Shown: in pieces, positions 29,500 to 40,200 of the stretch
Layout: each line of letters opens with the position of its first letter
Position numbering within the stretch: the first letter of the stretch is position 1
From: Nannocystis bainbridge
GTDB lineage: Bacteria; Myxococcota_A; Polyangia; Nannocystales; Nannocystaceae
Reading direction: 5' to 3'
Assembly (NCBI RefSeq): GCF_028368995.1
Contig: NZ_JAQNDL010000001.1
Location: forward strand, 3,424,001 to 3,488,000
DNA: 64,000 nucleotides
Position numbers and translations under genes: made by a program
The notes under the pieces: generated by a model
Databases searched by the model: none
What the model saw: the letters and a program-made list of their open reading frames with translations, nothing else
What the model was told of the DNA's origin: nothing

Positions 29500-30276
29500 T
29501 CAGCCGCGGCGCTTCGCCGGCTTCGCAGCGGCCGTCTTCGCCCCCGCTGCCTTGTTCGCGCCGGCTTGCTTCTTCGCCCCCGCCGCCTTCTTCGCGCCCG
29601 CTTGCTTCTTCGCGCTTGCCGCCTTCTCCGCGCCGGCTTGCTTCTTCGCCCCCGCCGCCTTTGCGCCCACTGCCTTTGTGCGCGCCGCCTTCTTCGCGCT
29701 CGCTTGCTTCTTCGCCCCCGCCGCCTCTGTGCCCACCTCCTTTGTGCGCGCTGCCTTCTTCGCCCCGGCGGCCTTCTTCGCCCCGGCGGCCTTCTTCGCC
29801 CCGGCGGCCTTCTTCGCCCCCGTCACCTTCGCGTTCCCAGCACCTGCCCCTTCGGGCATGCCCTTACGACCAGGTCCCTTCGCACCTGTCCCCGCAGACA
29901 TGCCCCTCGGGCCACCCGGCTCCATCGCCCCCGAGAGCTTCTTCGGCGCCACCGCCCGATAGCTCTCCGCCAGCCACTCCGCCAGCAGCCCGATCGGCAG
30001 CGCCTCGGCGACCGAGAAGCTCGCTGTCACCCAGCCGCTCTTGCCGAGCCCGTAGCCGGTCGGCGACGCGAACGGCAGCAGCAGCGCCGCCCCGTGCGAC
30101 GCCGGCAGCTTGACCGACAGGGTCAGCGTCCCCGCCTCGCCGCCCATGAACAGGAACGCCTTGCCGCGGACCTTCACCGCCGTGTGGCCCCACGGGAACT
30201 CCTCGACCGCCTCGGGATAGGCGAGGGCCAGCGCCCGCACCTGCTCTGCTCCGGCTCCGATCGCCTGCTTCGTCAT
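29500..30276 (-). CDS. MmcQ/YjbR-family protein with histone-like AKK tail
   Basis: EEFPWG...KV.GK.F, YGLGKSGWV and ESYRAVAPK motifs; GAKKAA repeats at the C-terminus. Confidence 0.88.
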   Translation of the reverse strand: MTKQAIGAGAEQVRALALAYPEAVEEFPWGHTAVKVRGKAFLFMGGEAGTLTLSVKLPASHGAALLLPFASPTGYGLGKSGWVTASFSVAEALPIGLLAEWLAESYRAVAPKKLSGAMEPGGPRGMSAGTGAKGPGRKGMPEGAGAGNAKVTGAKKAAGAKKAAGAKKAAGAKKAARTKEVGTEAAGAKKQASAKKAARTKAVGAKAAGAKKQAGAEKAASAKKQAGAKKAAGAKKQAGANKAAGAKTAAAKPAKRRG

Positions 30277-30363
30277 GATCGCCTCGCGCGCGGTTTCACC
30301 CCTGGGGTCTCACGCGCGATGCACCCTGTCAAGCGGCCGTAATTCGCTACCATCCGCGGCGCC

Positions 30364-30990
30364 ATGCGTCCGCCGCACAAGTTTTACATCGACACTCACA
30401 AGGGCGCCACGGCCCTCGCCGTGCTGGCCCTCATCGCCGGGTACGACGCCTGGCACAACGAGACCGCGTGGATCTACCTCGCCCTCCACGGCACCTACGG
30501 CCTGCTGTGGATCTGGAAGAGCCGGCGCTTCCCCGACAAGCAATGGGAGCAGGCGGTCACGCCGGCCTACGGCCTGCTCACGTGGTTCACGCTCACCCTC
30601 TATTGGGTCGGGCCGTGGATCATCGTCCGCGACGACCTCCACGCCGCGCCGTGGCTGCTCGCGCTGTGCGTGGCGATGTGGGGCCTCGGCGTGTTCCTCC
30701 ACTTCGCCGCCGACATGCAGAAGCACATGCACCTGAAGCTCGCGCCCGGCACCCTGCTCGTCGACGGCCTGTGGTCGCGCTCGCGCAACCCCAACTACCT
30801 CGGCGAGCTGCTCATCTACAGCGGCTTCTGCCTGCTGTCGCGCCACTGGGCGCCGATGCTCGTGCTCGGCGCGATGTTCTTCGGCGTGTGGCTGCCCAAC
30901 ATGCTGAAGAAGGACGCCTCGCTGGCCCGCTACCCCGGATTCGCGGCCTGGAAGGCGCGCACCAGCCTGATCATCCCGGGCCTGCTGTGA
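30364..30990 (+). CDS. DUF1295 / steroid-5-alpha-reductase-like membrane protein
   Basis: AD.QK, GLWSRSRNPNYLGE and KDASL.RYP motifs. Confidence 0.85.
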   Translation: MRPPHKFYIDTHKGATALAVLALIAGYDAWHNETAWIYLALHGTYGLLWIWKSRRFPDKQWEQAVTPAYGLLTWFTLTLYWVGPWIIVRDDLHAAPWLLALCVAMWGLGVFLHFAADMQKHMHLKLAPGTLLVDGLWSRSRNPNYLGELLIYSGFCLLSRHWAPMLVLGAMFFGVWLPNMLKKDASLARYPGFAAWKARTSLIIPGLL

Positions 30991-31042
30991 GCGAAACACA
31001 CGAGGACCGGGCCGCACCGCCGACCCGGCCCTCGCGTGCACC

Positions 31043-32548
31043 TCACGGGTCGACCAGCAGCCCGCTCGGCACGCTGGCGGGGACCAGGTGCGAGAAGTCG
31101 GCGCCGTTGTCGTCGCTGAGCGCGTGGAGGAACTGGACCAGGTTGTCGAGCGCGAGCGGCCCGCCGATGTCCACCGTGTAGAGCAGCGGGTCGACGCCCG
31201 CGGCGATGATCGCGTGGCGGTTCTCGAGCATCTGCGAGTGCATCGCCACCTCGTCCACGCTGTCGCTGATGTCGTAGCCCAGCAGCGACAGCACCGGGAA
31301 GCGGTAGTGACGCAAGAAGTCCTTGATGTCGTTGTAATGGCTCTGCCGACCCCAAGGCCCGGTCAGCATGACGTTGCGCAGCGGCGGCGTGCGCCACGCG
31401 TACTTGTCGGCCGTCTTGCCCGACAGCCGCATGCGCCCGAAATCGTCGAGCCCGCCCGGCCCGTCGCCGCCCGGCACCGTGCCGCCCGGCCCGAATTGCG
31501 GCGCCAGCGTCTTGTGAAAGTCCTCGTCGGTGAACGCGTTGCCGGCGTGACAGGACGTGCAATTGCCCTGATCGGGGTTGAGGAAGCGGCGCGCGCCCGC
31601 CAGCTGCTGCAGGCTCAGCGCATTGTCGTCACCCGGGATGAGCCCGCCGGTCGCGGGGTCGATGCGGCCGACGAACCGGTCCCACGGCGTATCGTTGGAG
31701 AAGAACGCGCGGAACTCGTAGGCCGCGATCGCGTTGCCCGCGTAGGCGAAATGCATGTCCTCGAACGCGACGCCGGGGTAGGCCGCCTCGAACATATCGA
31801 CATATTCGGGGATCGACCCGAGCCGCCCCATCATCTTGCCCCACGCGCACAGCATCAGGTTGAACGCCGGGTTGTCCTGCGGACATTCGGTCGTGAAGTC
31901 GTTCTCGCCGGGGAAGCCGAGCATCTCCTGGTCGGTCACCTGCGGCATCATCGCCTGCCCGGCCGCCGCCCGCATGTCGGGGTCGAAGGCGTCGTCCTGC
32001 CAGTCGAACGGGATGAACGGCCCGCCCAGCGGCCGCACGTAGCCGTCGTCGCCGAGCGGCACCTTGTGATCGACCGCCAGGCCCTTCTGCAGCTTGTGCA
32101 GGTTCCACAGCGGCTGCGTCGTGCGCCCGCCGACGGCCGCGCCGAGCCGCGCCGGCCCGATCCCGACCCCGTGGACCCCGCGGTTCATCGTCAACCGATC
32201 GGTGGTGCCGAGCCGCGGATGATGGCAGGTCGAGCACGACACGTCGCGGTTGCCGCTCATGATCTTGTCGTAAAAGAGCGCCTCGCCGAGCTCGAACAGC
32301 TCGTCCGAGACCGCCGGCGGCGGCTCGAGCGGCTCGATGCCGTTCTCGTCGATGAGGTCCCGCACCTCCGCGATCAGCAGGTGCTTCAGCAGCGACGTGC
32401 TCGGCGCCACCTCGTCGGCGAGCTCCGCGGGCCCTTCCAGCGCCTCGTTACTCACCGCCTCCTGCGTCGCGCTCACGTCCTCCACGTCACACGCGAAAGC
32501 CGCGACCATCGCCATCGATACCACCACCCCGATACGCTGATTCGACAT
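31043..32548 (-). CDS. Diheme cytochrome c peroxidase/MauG-family lipoprotein, divergent
   Basis: LGEALFYDKIMSGNRDVSCSTCH, CTSCH and RTPPLRNV motifs; lipobox AFAC. Confidence 0.88.
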   Translation of the reverse strand: MSNQRIGVVVSMAMVAAFACDVEDVSATQEAVSNEALEGPAELADEVAPSTSLLKHLLIAEVRDLIDENGIEPLEPPPAVSDELFELGEALFYDKIMSGNRDVSCSTCHHPRLGTTDRLTMNRGVHGVGIGPARLGAAVGGRTTQPLWNLHKLQKGLAVDHKVPLGDDGYVRPLGGPFIPFDWQDDAFDPDMRAAAGQAMMPQVTDQEMLGFPGENDFTTECPQDNPAFNLMLCAWGKMMGRLGSIPEYVDMFEAAYPGVAFEDMHFAYAGNAIAAYEFRAFFSNDTPWDRFVGRIDPATGGLIPGDDNALSLQQLAGARRFLNPDQGNCTSCHAGNAFTDEDFHKTLAPQFGPGGTVPGGDGPGGLDDFGRMRLSGKTADKYAWRTPPLRNVMLTGPWGRQSHYNDIKDFLRHYRFPVLSLLGYDISDSVDEVAMHSQMLENRHAIIAAGVDPLLYTVDIGGPLALDNLVQFLHALSDDNGADFSHLVPASVPSGLLVDP

Positions 32549-33512
32549 GGATACTCCCACGATTCGGCTGCGTCGACCCGTCAGGCCGCGCGCCGAGGTT
32601 GTCTCACCCGTCAATGTGCCACCGTGAGGCCCGCCCCCCGCGAACCTCACGCCTCACGCTTCACGATTCACCATACACCCTCGCCGCGGCCGTGCCCGAC
32701 GCGCGCGCACCTCCGCGGCGATCCTCTCGCATCGAGGTCCGCGCGCGCCCGCTGCCGTCGCGCCGCCCCGATGTCCTCCCATTCTCCCCGCTCGCCCGCT
32801 CCGACAACCTTCATGCCGGATTTCGCAAAATCCTTCACGGATTTTTTTTCGGCCCCGAAAAATCGCAGCATCGATACTGCCTACATGGCCCCCGATGTCT
32901 CGCGGCGAGCTCCGACGATGTCGCGCCATTTCGATGACACGCAGCGGCCGCGGGCGACGCCCGCCCTCGCGCCCGCCGCACCTGCCCGCACGCGCATGTC
33001 CGGGGGCACGACACTGCCCCCAATCACCGCCCGGGCGGTCGGAGCCGCGGCGGTGTCACACCCGCCGTCGATTCGCCGCGCGAGCCCTCGCCTGCACCCA
33101 CATGAACCACGATCCGCAAATGCTGGCATGCCGTCGAGCTCTACGATTTCGGCAACAATCGCGCGCCCCGTCGGCGGGCCTCGCAACACATCATTGGCGT
33201 CACGAGACGCCGAACGGATCTCGCAAAATTTCCGCGTCCCTCGACTCACCGGCGTGAGCCGCCACCCTCGCTTTCCCCCGCGCCTCACCCCCGCATTCGG
33301 CGCACATCCGCTCGTTTCATCGCTTCCTGGGCACCGGAGCTTGTCTCGCCCCCGACGGCGGCGCCACTCGCCTCGCCGACGAATCGTCGGCGTCGCCGGA
33401 GCTTCGCATACGAACGACGTTCGAATCGCATTACGTCGCCGTCATTCGCCGCTTGCGCGGCCCGCGTGGCAAATCTGGCCTCTGGTGGCGACCTCGGCCG
33501 GATGCCTCGCGC

Positions 33513-34862
33513 TCACGGGTCGAGGTCGCGGTGCGTGAAGCGTCGCTTGCCGGGGCCGTAATCGGAGGCGACCTGGCCGTGTCCGCGCAATCGCCAGCGA
33601 TATGTGAGCAGACCGTCGGCCCCGACCGGCCCGCGAGCATGCAGTTTACCGGTCGAGATCCCGACCTCCGCGCCGAGGCCGAAGCGATAGCCGTCGGCGA
33701 ACCGCGTGCTCGCGTTCCAGAACACGTCGGCCGCGTCCACCGCCGCCAGGAACCGCTCGGCCGCCGGCGCGTCCGCGGCGACGATCGCCTCCGTGTGCTT
33801 CGATCCGTGCCGGTCGATATGGGCGAGCGCGTCCGCTTCGCCGGCGACCCCGCGGATCGCCAGAATCAGCGCCCCGTACTCGTGGCCCCAATCGGCGTCG
33901 GTCGCCTTCGCCAATTCCGGGTGCAGCGCGCGGGTCCGATCGCACCCGCGCAGCTCCACCCCGCGCTCGCCCAGCGCCGCCACACAGGCCGCCAGCGCCG
34001 CCTCCGCGCCGGGCTCCCACAATAGCGCCTCGACCGCGTTGCAGGCCGCCGGATAGCCGCACTTGGCGTCGACCGCGATCGTCGCCGCCATCGTCGGCTC
34101 GGCCGAGGCGTGCAAGAAGAGGTGGCAAACGCCCTCGGCGTGGCCCATCACCGCGATCCGGGTGCTGCGCTGGACGTGACGCACGAACTCGTGCCCGCCG
34201 CGCGCGATCACCAGATCGAGCACGTCGTCGAGCGCGAGCATCGCCGTGATGTCTTCGCGCTGCTCGAGCAACGTGATCGCCGCCGGCGCGATCCCGTGGC
34301 GCTGCAGCGCTCGCTGCATCAATTCGACCAGGGCGCGGTTGCTCTCGCGCGCCTCGCTGCCGCCCTTCAGCAGCGCCGCGTTGCCGCTCTTCAGGCACAG
34401 CCCGCCGATCTGCGGCGCCGCGTCGGGCCGGGCCTCGAACACCACACCCACGAGCCCCAGCGGGCACGGCACCCGCTCGAGCACGAGCCCCTCGTCGAGC
34501 TCGCGGCGCAGCTGCGGCCGCCCGAGCAGCTCCGGCATCGCCGCCAATTGGCCGAGCCCGTCGGCGACGCTGTCGAGCTTGGCGGCGTCGAGCCCCAGCC
34601 GCTTGAGCCGCGCCGGGTCGAGCTCGCCCGCCGCCGCCGCTGCCCGCGCGGCCGCCACGTCGCGCGCGTTGGCGGCCAGCAGGCGCTCGCGCTCCTCGGG
34701 GTCGGCCAGCGCCGCGGCCACGTCGCGGAGCAGCGCAGCCCGGTCCGGCCCGCTCAGCGCCGCGAGCTGCCGCCCGGCCGCCCGGGCCGCCAGCGCCAGC
34801 GCGCGCACCCGCCCGTCGGCCTGCTGCCCGTCCTGTCCCTCACGACCTGTCGCTTGCGTCAT
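33513..34862 (-). CDS. proA: Gamma-glutamyl phosphate reductase
   Basis: FEARP, LKGGSEA, CNAVE, HGSKHTEAI and NASTRFADG..FGLGAEVGIST.KLHARGPVG motifs. Confidence 0.97.
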   Translation of the reverse strand: MTQATGREGQDGQQADGRVRALALAARAAGRQLAALSGPDRAALLRDVAAALADPEERERLLAANARDVAAARAAAAAGELDPARLKRLGLDAAKLDSVADGLGQLAAMPELLGRPQLRRELDEGLVLERVPCPLGLVGVVFEARPDAAPQIGGLCLKSGNAALLKGGSEARESNRALVELMQRALQRHGIAPAAITLLEQREDITAMLALDDVLDLVIARGGHEFVRHVQRSTRIAVMGHAEGVCHLFLHASAEPTMAATIAVDAKCGYPAACNAVEALLWEPGAEAALAACVAALGERGVELRGCDRTRALHPELAKATDADWGHEYGALILAIRGVAGEADALAHIDRHGSKHTEAIVAADAPAAERFLAAVDAADVFWNASTRFADGYRFGLGAEVGISTGKLHARGPVGADGLLTYRWRLRGHGQVASDYGPGKRRFTHRDLDP

Positions 34863-34906
34863 GTCCTCTTCACCATGTCCTTGAGCACATGTCCTCGACG
34901 ACCTGC
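34832..34906. repeat. 14-bp-phased cluster overlapping the proA start codon
   Basis: CCTG/CATG at 34832, 34846, 34860, 34874, 34888, 34902. Confidence 0.85.
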
Positions 34907-35013
34907 CCTATCGGCCATCCTCGAACCTCGGCCAGCGCCAGGTCCTCGCGGCCGAACGCGAGGAGATACCGAGCGCGACCGGTCCTCTCCATCACTTCGG
35001 AGCCCGGCCATCC

Positions 35014-36177
35014 TCAGACCTCGGACAGCGCCAGGTTGTCGCGGCCGATCACCGCGTCGTAGCCGCAGAACCCGAGGATGCTGGCGATCTCGCTGCTGTG
35101 ACGGCCGGCCAGCCGGCGGCACTCCTCGGACGAATAGTTGACCAGCCCGCGCCCGTGCACGCGCCCGCTGCCGTCGCGGATCTCGACCAGCTCGCCGCGG
35201 GCGAACTCGCCGTCGACGCGCACGAGCCCGATCGGCAGCAGCGACGCCTTGCGCTCGTGCAGCGCCGCGATCGCCCCCTCGTTGACGACCAGCCCCCCGC
35301 GCGCCGGCGCGCCCGAGGCGATCTGGCGCCGGTGGGCCGAGCGGCGCTGGGCCGGCGGCACGTACGTCCCGCGGTCCTCGCCGGCCAGCGCCGCCACCAG
35401 CGCGCCCGGCAGGTGCCCGCTGGTGATCAGCACGCCGATGCCCGCCTTGCTGGCCAGCCGCGCCGCCTCGAGCTTGCTGGTCATGCCGCCGGTGCCGCCG
35501 GCCGAGGTCCCCGCCGTGCGCGCCAGCGCCTCCTCGCTCACGTCGGCGAGCTCGCCGATCCGCCGCGCCTCGGGGTCGGTGCGCGGGTTGGCGGTGTAGA
35601 GCCCGTCGACGTCGGTCAAGATCACCAGCAGGTCCGCGTCGATCGCCACCGCCACGCGGGCCGACAGCCCGTCGTTGTCGCCGAACTCGAGCGCCGGCCC
35701 CGAGCCGCCCTGCCCGCGGCGGAACTCCATCAGCTCGCGCACGCTGACGCTGTCGTTCTCGTTGAGGATCGGCACCACCCCGAGCTCGAGCAGCCGCATC
35801 AGCGTGGTCCGCACGCACAGCGCCCGGTCGCGGTCGGCCAGGTCCTCCTGGATCAGCAGCACCTGCGCCGCCTTGACCCCGAGCTGGCCGAACAGCTGGG
35901 TGTAGAGCGCCATCAGGTGGCCCTGCCCGACCGCCGCGCAGGCCTGGCGCAGTCCCAGCGAATCTGGCCTCTTGGCCAGGCCGAGCACGCGCTGGCCCAT
36001 GCCGACCGCGCCGCTGCTGACCACGATCACCTCGCGCCCCTGGCGGTGCAGGTCGCACGCGGCCTCGACCAGGCTCGACAGCCGCCCGAGCGCCAGCCCG
36101 GCCTCCGGATGGGTCACGACCCCGGTCCCGAGCTTGATCACGATCCGCCGTGCCGCGGCCACGTCGCGCCGATTCAT
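35014..36177 (-). CDS. proB: Glutamate 5-kinase with PUA domain
   Basis: IVIKLGT, VSSGAV, NENDSV, FGDND.LS, GTGGMTSK and SLLPIG motifs. Confidence 0.97.
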   Translation of the reverse strand: MNRRDVAAARRIVIKLGTGVVTHPEAGLALGRLSSLVEAACDLHRQGREVIVVSSGAVGMGQRVLGLAKRPDSLGLRQACAAVGQGHLMALYTQLFGQLGVKAAQVLLIQEDLADRDRALCVRTTLMRLLELGVVPILNENDSVSVRELMEFRRGQGGSGPALEFGDNDGLSARVAVAIDADLLVILTDVDGLYTANPRTDPEARRIGELADVSEEALARTAGTSAGGTGGMTSKLEAARLASKAGIGVLITSGHLPGALVAALAGEDRGTYVPPAQRRSAHRRQIASGAPARGGLVVNEGAIAALHERKASLLPIGLVRVDGEFARGELVEIRDGSGRVHGRGLVNYSSEECRRLAGRHSSEIASILGFCGYDAVIGRDNLALSEV

Positions 36178-36908
36178 CGCACCGCCCCCTCGCCCTCGCC
36201 GACAATGATCATAGCCCCGGCGCGGCCCACGAAGAGCTGTCCCGTCATCGCCCGCCGACGCTACCACAGCGCCCGCCACCCCGGCCACCGCGGTCGCCGG
36301 GGCGCGATGCAACTCACGGCAAACCCCGCCGGGTCCCGCCCTCGCGCCCGCAGCCACGAGCTCGCGCCCGCGGCCGACCCGGAGGCCGAGCGCCTCTCCG
36401 CGCGACGCCAGCGACCCCGGCGGCCTCGACCCGGCGATCCAACGATCCGGGCGGCGCGGCCTCAGCACGAGAGGGCGGCGGAGCGACCTCCCGCAGGTCG
36501 CCTCCACGAGCGCGAGAAACCTCGAGGCCATCCTTTACCTTCTACCTTCTTAGGATCGACGTCGCGCGACCGCTGCGCCGCTCCGCGCATGCCCTCGCTC
36601 GTGCGGCCGTCCGTCCGTGTCCGCGTCAAAGCTGTGATCGCCGCCCCACCGAACGGCGGCGGCCACGACCCGGCACGGACGCATCATTCATCGCCTTCGC
36701 TGCGCGCCGCGATCGCCGGCAACGGACCCTCGTCTTTCACGCCGCGGGGGTCATTGTCGGCACCGGTGTCGCCCCATCGATCTGCCTCAATTCCGGTCCC
36801 CTGCCGAGATAGTGACATCGGGGCCGGTCCGGGCAGGCGGCCCACGACCCGCGCAATCAGGGTGAATGTCCGCGGGAACCGCCGGCCTCTGGCCCTGGGG
36901 CTCGCCGT

Positions 36909-36951
36909 TCCCTGCACATACAATCCCTGCACATAAATTTCCCTGCGCATG
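36909..36951. repeat. Three direct repeats TCCCTGC(A/G)CAT, spaced 15-16 bp
   Basis: Copies start at 36909, 36924 and 36940 in the long proB/oar intergenic region. Confidence 0.7.
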
Positions 36952-37108
36952 CAATCAGCCTGGGCATTGGGGGTGACCGCTGACTTGTGACAGGCGTCAT
37001 CACCTGTCCTAAAAATTGTTAGCCACTTCACAAATCAACGACGTAAACCCTGCCGATACCCGCCGATTTACGACCCACGGACGTCCGCCTGCGGTTTCAC
37101 AGTTTGTG

Positions 37109-37138
37109 TTGACATGCAGCGGACGGGCAGGCTATGTG
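37109..37138 (+). promoter_or_regulatory. Putative sigma70-type promoter for the oar-like operon
   Basis: TTGACA, 17-18 bp spacer, then (C)TATGT. Confidence 0.5.
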
Positions 37139-37285
37139 CGTGCCTAACCACCGACTTGGGTGTACGTACAAGCGTAGCCTCTGAAGAACGCTGTCAACCG
37201 CAGTCACGGGCCCCCATCGGGCTCGAACACGGTGACGTCTGATTTACGCGGCCGATTTGCGGCGAACCACGGGCAAGAGGGCAAG

Positions 37286-40200
37286 ATGCGCAGGAGTGCT
37301 TGGATCACCATTTTAGGTGCCGTGGCTGCACAGGCGGCGGTCGTTTCGACGGCCGAGGCCGGGCCGAGCGACGCGGTATTGGTCGGAGTCGTCCGCGACG
37401 CGTCCACCGGCGAGGGCATCGAGGGCGCGCTGGTCATCGTCACCGGCGAGAAGATCCAGGGCGAGCGCACGATGACGACCAACGTCAGCGGCCTCTACCG
37501 TATTCCCAACCTTCCGCCCGGCACCTACGACGTGACCGTGTTCGCCCAGGACTACGGCGCCGGCAACAAGCGCGCCGGCCTGCAGCTGCGCGCCGGCACC
37601 ACGATTCGCGTCGACGTCCAGCTCGTGCGCTCGGGCACCCGCGAGGTCATCGAGGTCAACGTCGCCGCGCCGACGATCGACGTCGGCAACGGCGCCACCG
37701 GTCTTTCGGTCGACCGCGAGATGGCGCAGCGGGTCCCGATCGCCATCCCGACCGGCAAGGGCGCCGCCAATCGTTCGTTCGAGGCCATCGCCGAGGCCAC
37801 CCCGGGCGCTCGCAACGACACCTACGGCACCAGCATCGCCGGCACCACCTCGCCGGAGAACAAGTACTACGTCGACGGCCTGTCGGTGAACGACCCCGGC
37901 TTCGGTCTCAACGGCACCGGGCTGTCGATGGAGTTCCTCGAAGAGGTACGCATCGAGGCCGGCGGGTACATGCCGGAGCACGGGCGGTCGACCGGCGGTG
38001 TCATCAACGCCGTCACCAAGAGCGGCTCGAATCAGTTCCATGGCAACGTTTGGGCCTACTACACGCCCGGCCAGCTCGAGGGTCGACGGGAGATCGCCCG
38101 GCGCGAGGGCGACGCGATCGTCACCGAGCGCAACCTCAATTGGATCGGCGACGCCGGCTTCGACATCGGCGGGCGCATCATCAAGGACAAGCTGTGGTTC
38201 TACGGCGGCGTCAGCATCGCGCGCACCGTCTACGACCTCACCAGCTCGTGGAACCGGGTGTCCGTCGACCCTGACGGCAACGCGCTGATCGACCCCGACA
38301 CCAAGTTCACGGTCACCGAGCGCATCGCTGGCACCACCCAGCGGTTCAAGGCCCAGGGCACCACCGTCCAGGCGCTCGGCAAGCTGACCTACTCGCCCAA
38401 CAAGCGCAACACGCTCGAGATCCTGGCGATCTACGCCCCGAGCCTGTCGGGCGGCAACGGCACGTTCGGCATGAACGCGCAGACCGGTCAGCCCGAGGTC
38501 CTGAACCTCGTCGGCGACTACGGCGCGCTGGCCCGCAAGTACCGCGACAATTCCACCGACCTGCAGTTCAAGTGGAACTGGCGCGACGACGACGGCAAGT
38601 GGAACTTCGACACCATCCTCGGCTGGCACCATCAGCTCAACCAGCGCAACGCCGTCGACGGCACCCGCGTCGGCGACACCACCGGCCTGGCCGGCACGCC
38701 GAGCGTCGTCTATCGCCGGACCAATAACTTCTACGGCGCCGACGGCGGCCTGCTGGAGCCCGGCATGCCGGGCTACCGCGAGGTCCACTCGCTGACCGAC
38801 CTCACGCCGCTGCCGGGCGGCGCGCCGGGCGGCGCGTGCGACCCGATGATGTACTCGTTCACCGATCCGGTGTTGATGGACGCGCAGACGCGCTCCGTCG
38901 TGTGCCCGATCCGCCAGTGGACCACCGGCGGCCCCGGCCTCCTCTACGATCGCCGGCTCGATCGCCTGCAGGCGCGCGAGATCGTCACGCGGCTCGCTCG
39001 CGGCGCCGGTCACCACGTCATCAAGTTCGGCGTCGACTTCGAGTACACGCAGTACAACAGCAACCGCGGCTACAGCGGCAACCAGATCTACCGCGAGTCG
39101 ACGAACGGCACCAACTTCGCCGACTTCCGCATGTACTCGTTCCTCAGCGGGCCGGACGACGCCAACGTCATCCGCAACCTGAACTGGAACGTCATGTCGA
39201 CCACGATCGGCGGCTTCATTCAGGACAGCTGGTCGATCATGGACAAGGTCACGCTGAACGCGGGCCTCCGTTACGACGCCCAGCACCTGTTCAGCGGCGA
39301 CCGCACGCTGGCGATGGCCCTGCCGAACCAGTTCTCGCCGCGCATCGGCCTGATCTGGGACCCGACCTACAGCGGCAAGGCCAAGTTGTTCGTCAACTAC
39401 GCCCGCTTCTACCAGAGCGTCCCGCTCAACCTGGCCGACCGCGCCGGCACCGGCGAGCCCGGCCTGCAGTCGTTCCACAACGCTGTCGGCCCCGGGTCGT
39501 GCAGCGACCCGCTGGCCCCCGGCGCCAACGACCCCGGCGGCGCCTGTACTAACGACGCCAATCGCCTCCTGATCGGCGGCCCCGCCGACGCCGACCAGCG
39601 GTGGGCCCTCGCCAGCGCCGGCAAGACCCCGATCGACCCGCGGCTCAAGCCGCAGTCGAGCGACGAGATCGTGGCCGGCGGCGAGTACGAGATCATCCCC
39701 GACACCCGCCTCGGCGTGCAGTACACCCACCGGTGGCTGCACCGCGCCATCGAGGACATGAGCCGCGACGAGGCGGCCACCTACTTCATCGGCAACCCCG
39801 GCTACGGCATCGCCAAGGACTTCCCCAAGGCCAAGCGCGTCTACGACAGCGCGGTGCTGTTCGTCGAGAAGCGGTTCGCCAAGCACTGGATGATCACCGG
39901 CAGCTACACGCTGTCGTGGCTGCGCGGCAACCTCGCCGGCCTGTTCCGTCCGGAGACCGGCCAGCTCGACCCGAACACCACCTCCGACTTCGACCTCATC
40001 TCGCTGCTCGAGAACCGCTCCGGCTACTTGCCGGGCGACACGCGTCACTCCTTCAAGGTCTTCACCGCCGGCGAGATCGTGCTCGGCAACGGCCAGTTCC
40101 TGCGGCTCGGCGGCGCGCTGCGGGCCCGCTCGGGCGGTCCCACCAATTACCTGGCCTCGCACGTCCTCTACGGCTTCGACGAGTCGTTCATCCTCCCGCG

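Noticed and set aside
32549-33512. Short ORFs and a sigma54 promoter in the peroxidase upstream region
   Set aside because: No coding bias, and I found no correctly spaced GG-N10-GC consensus.
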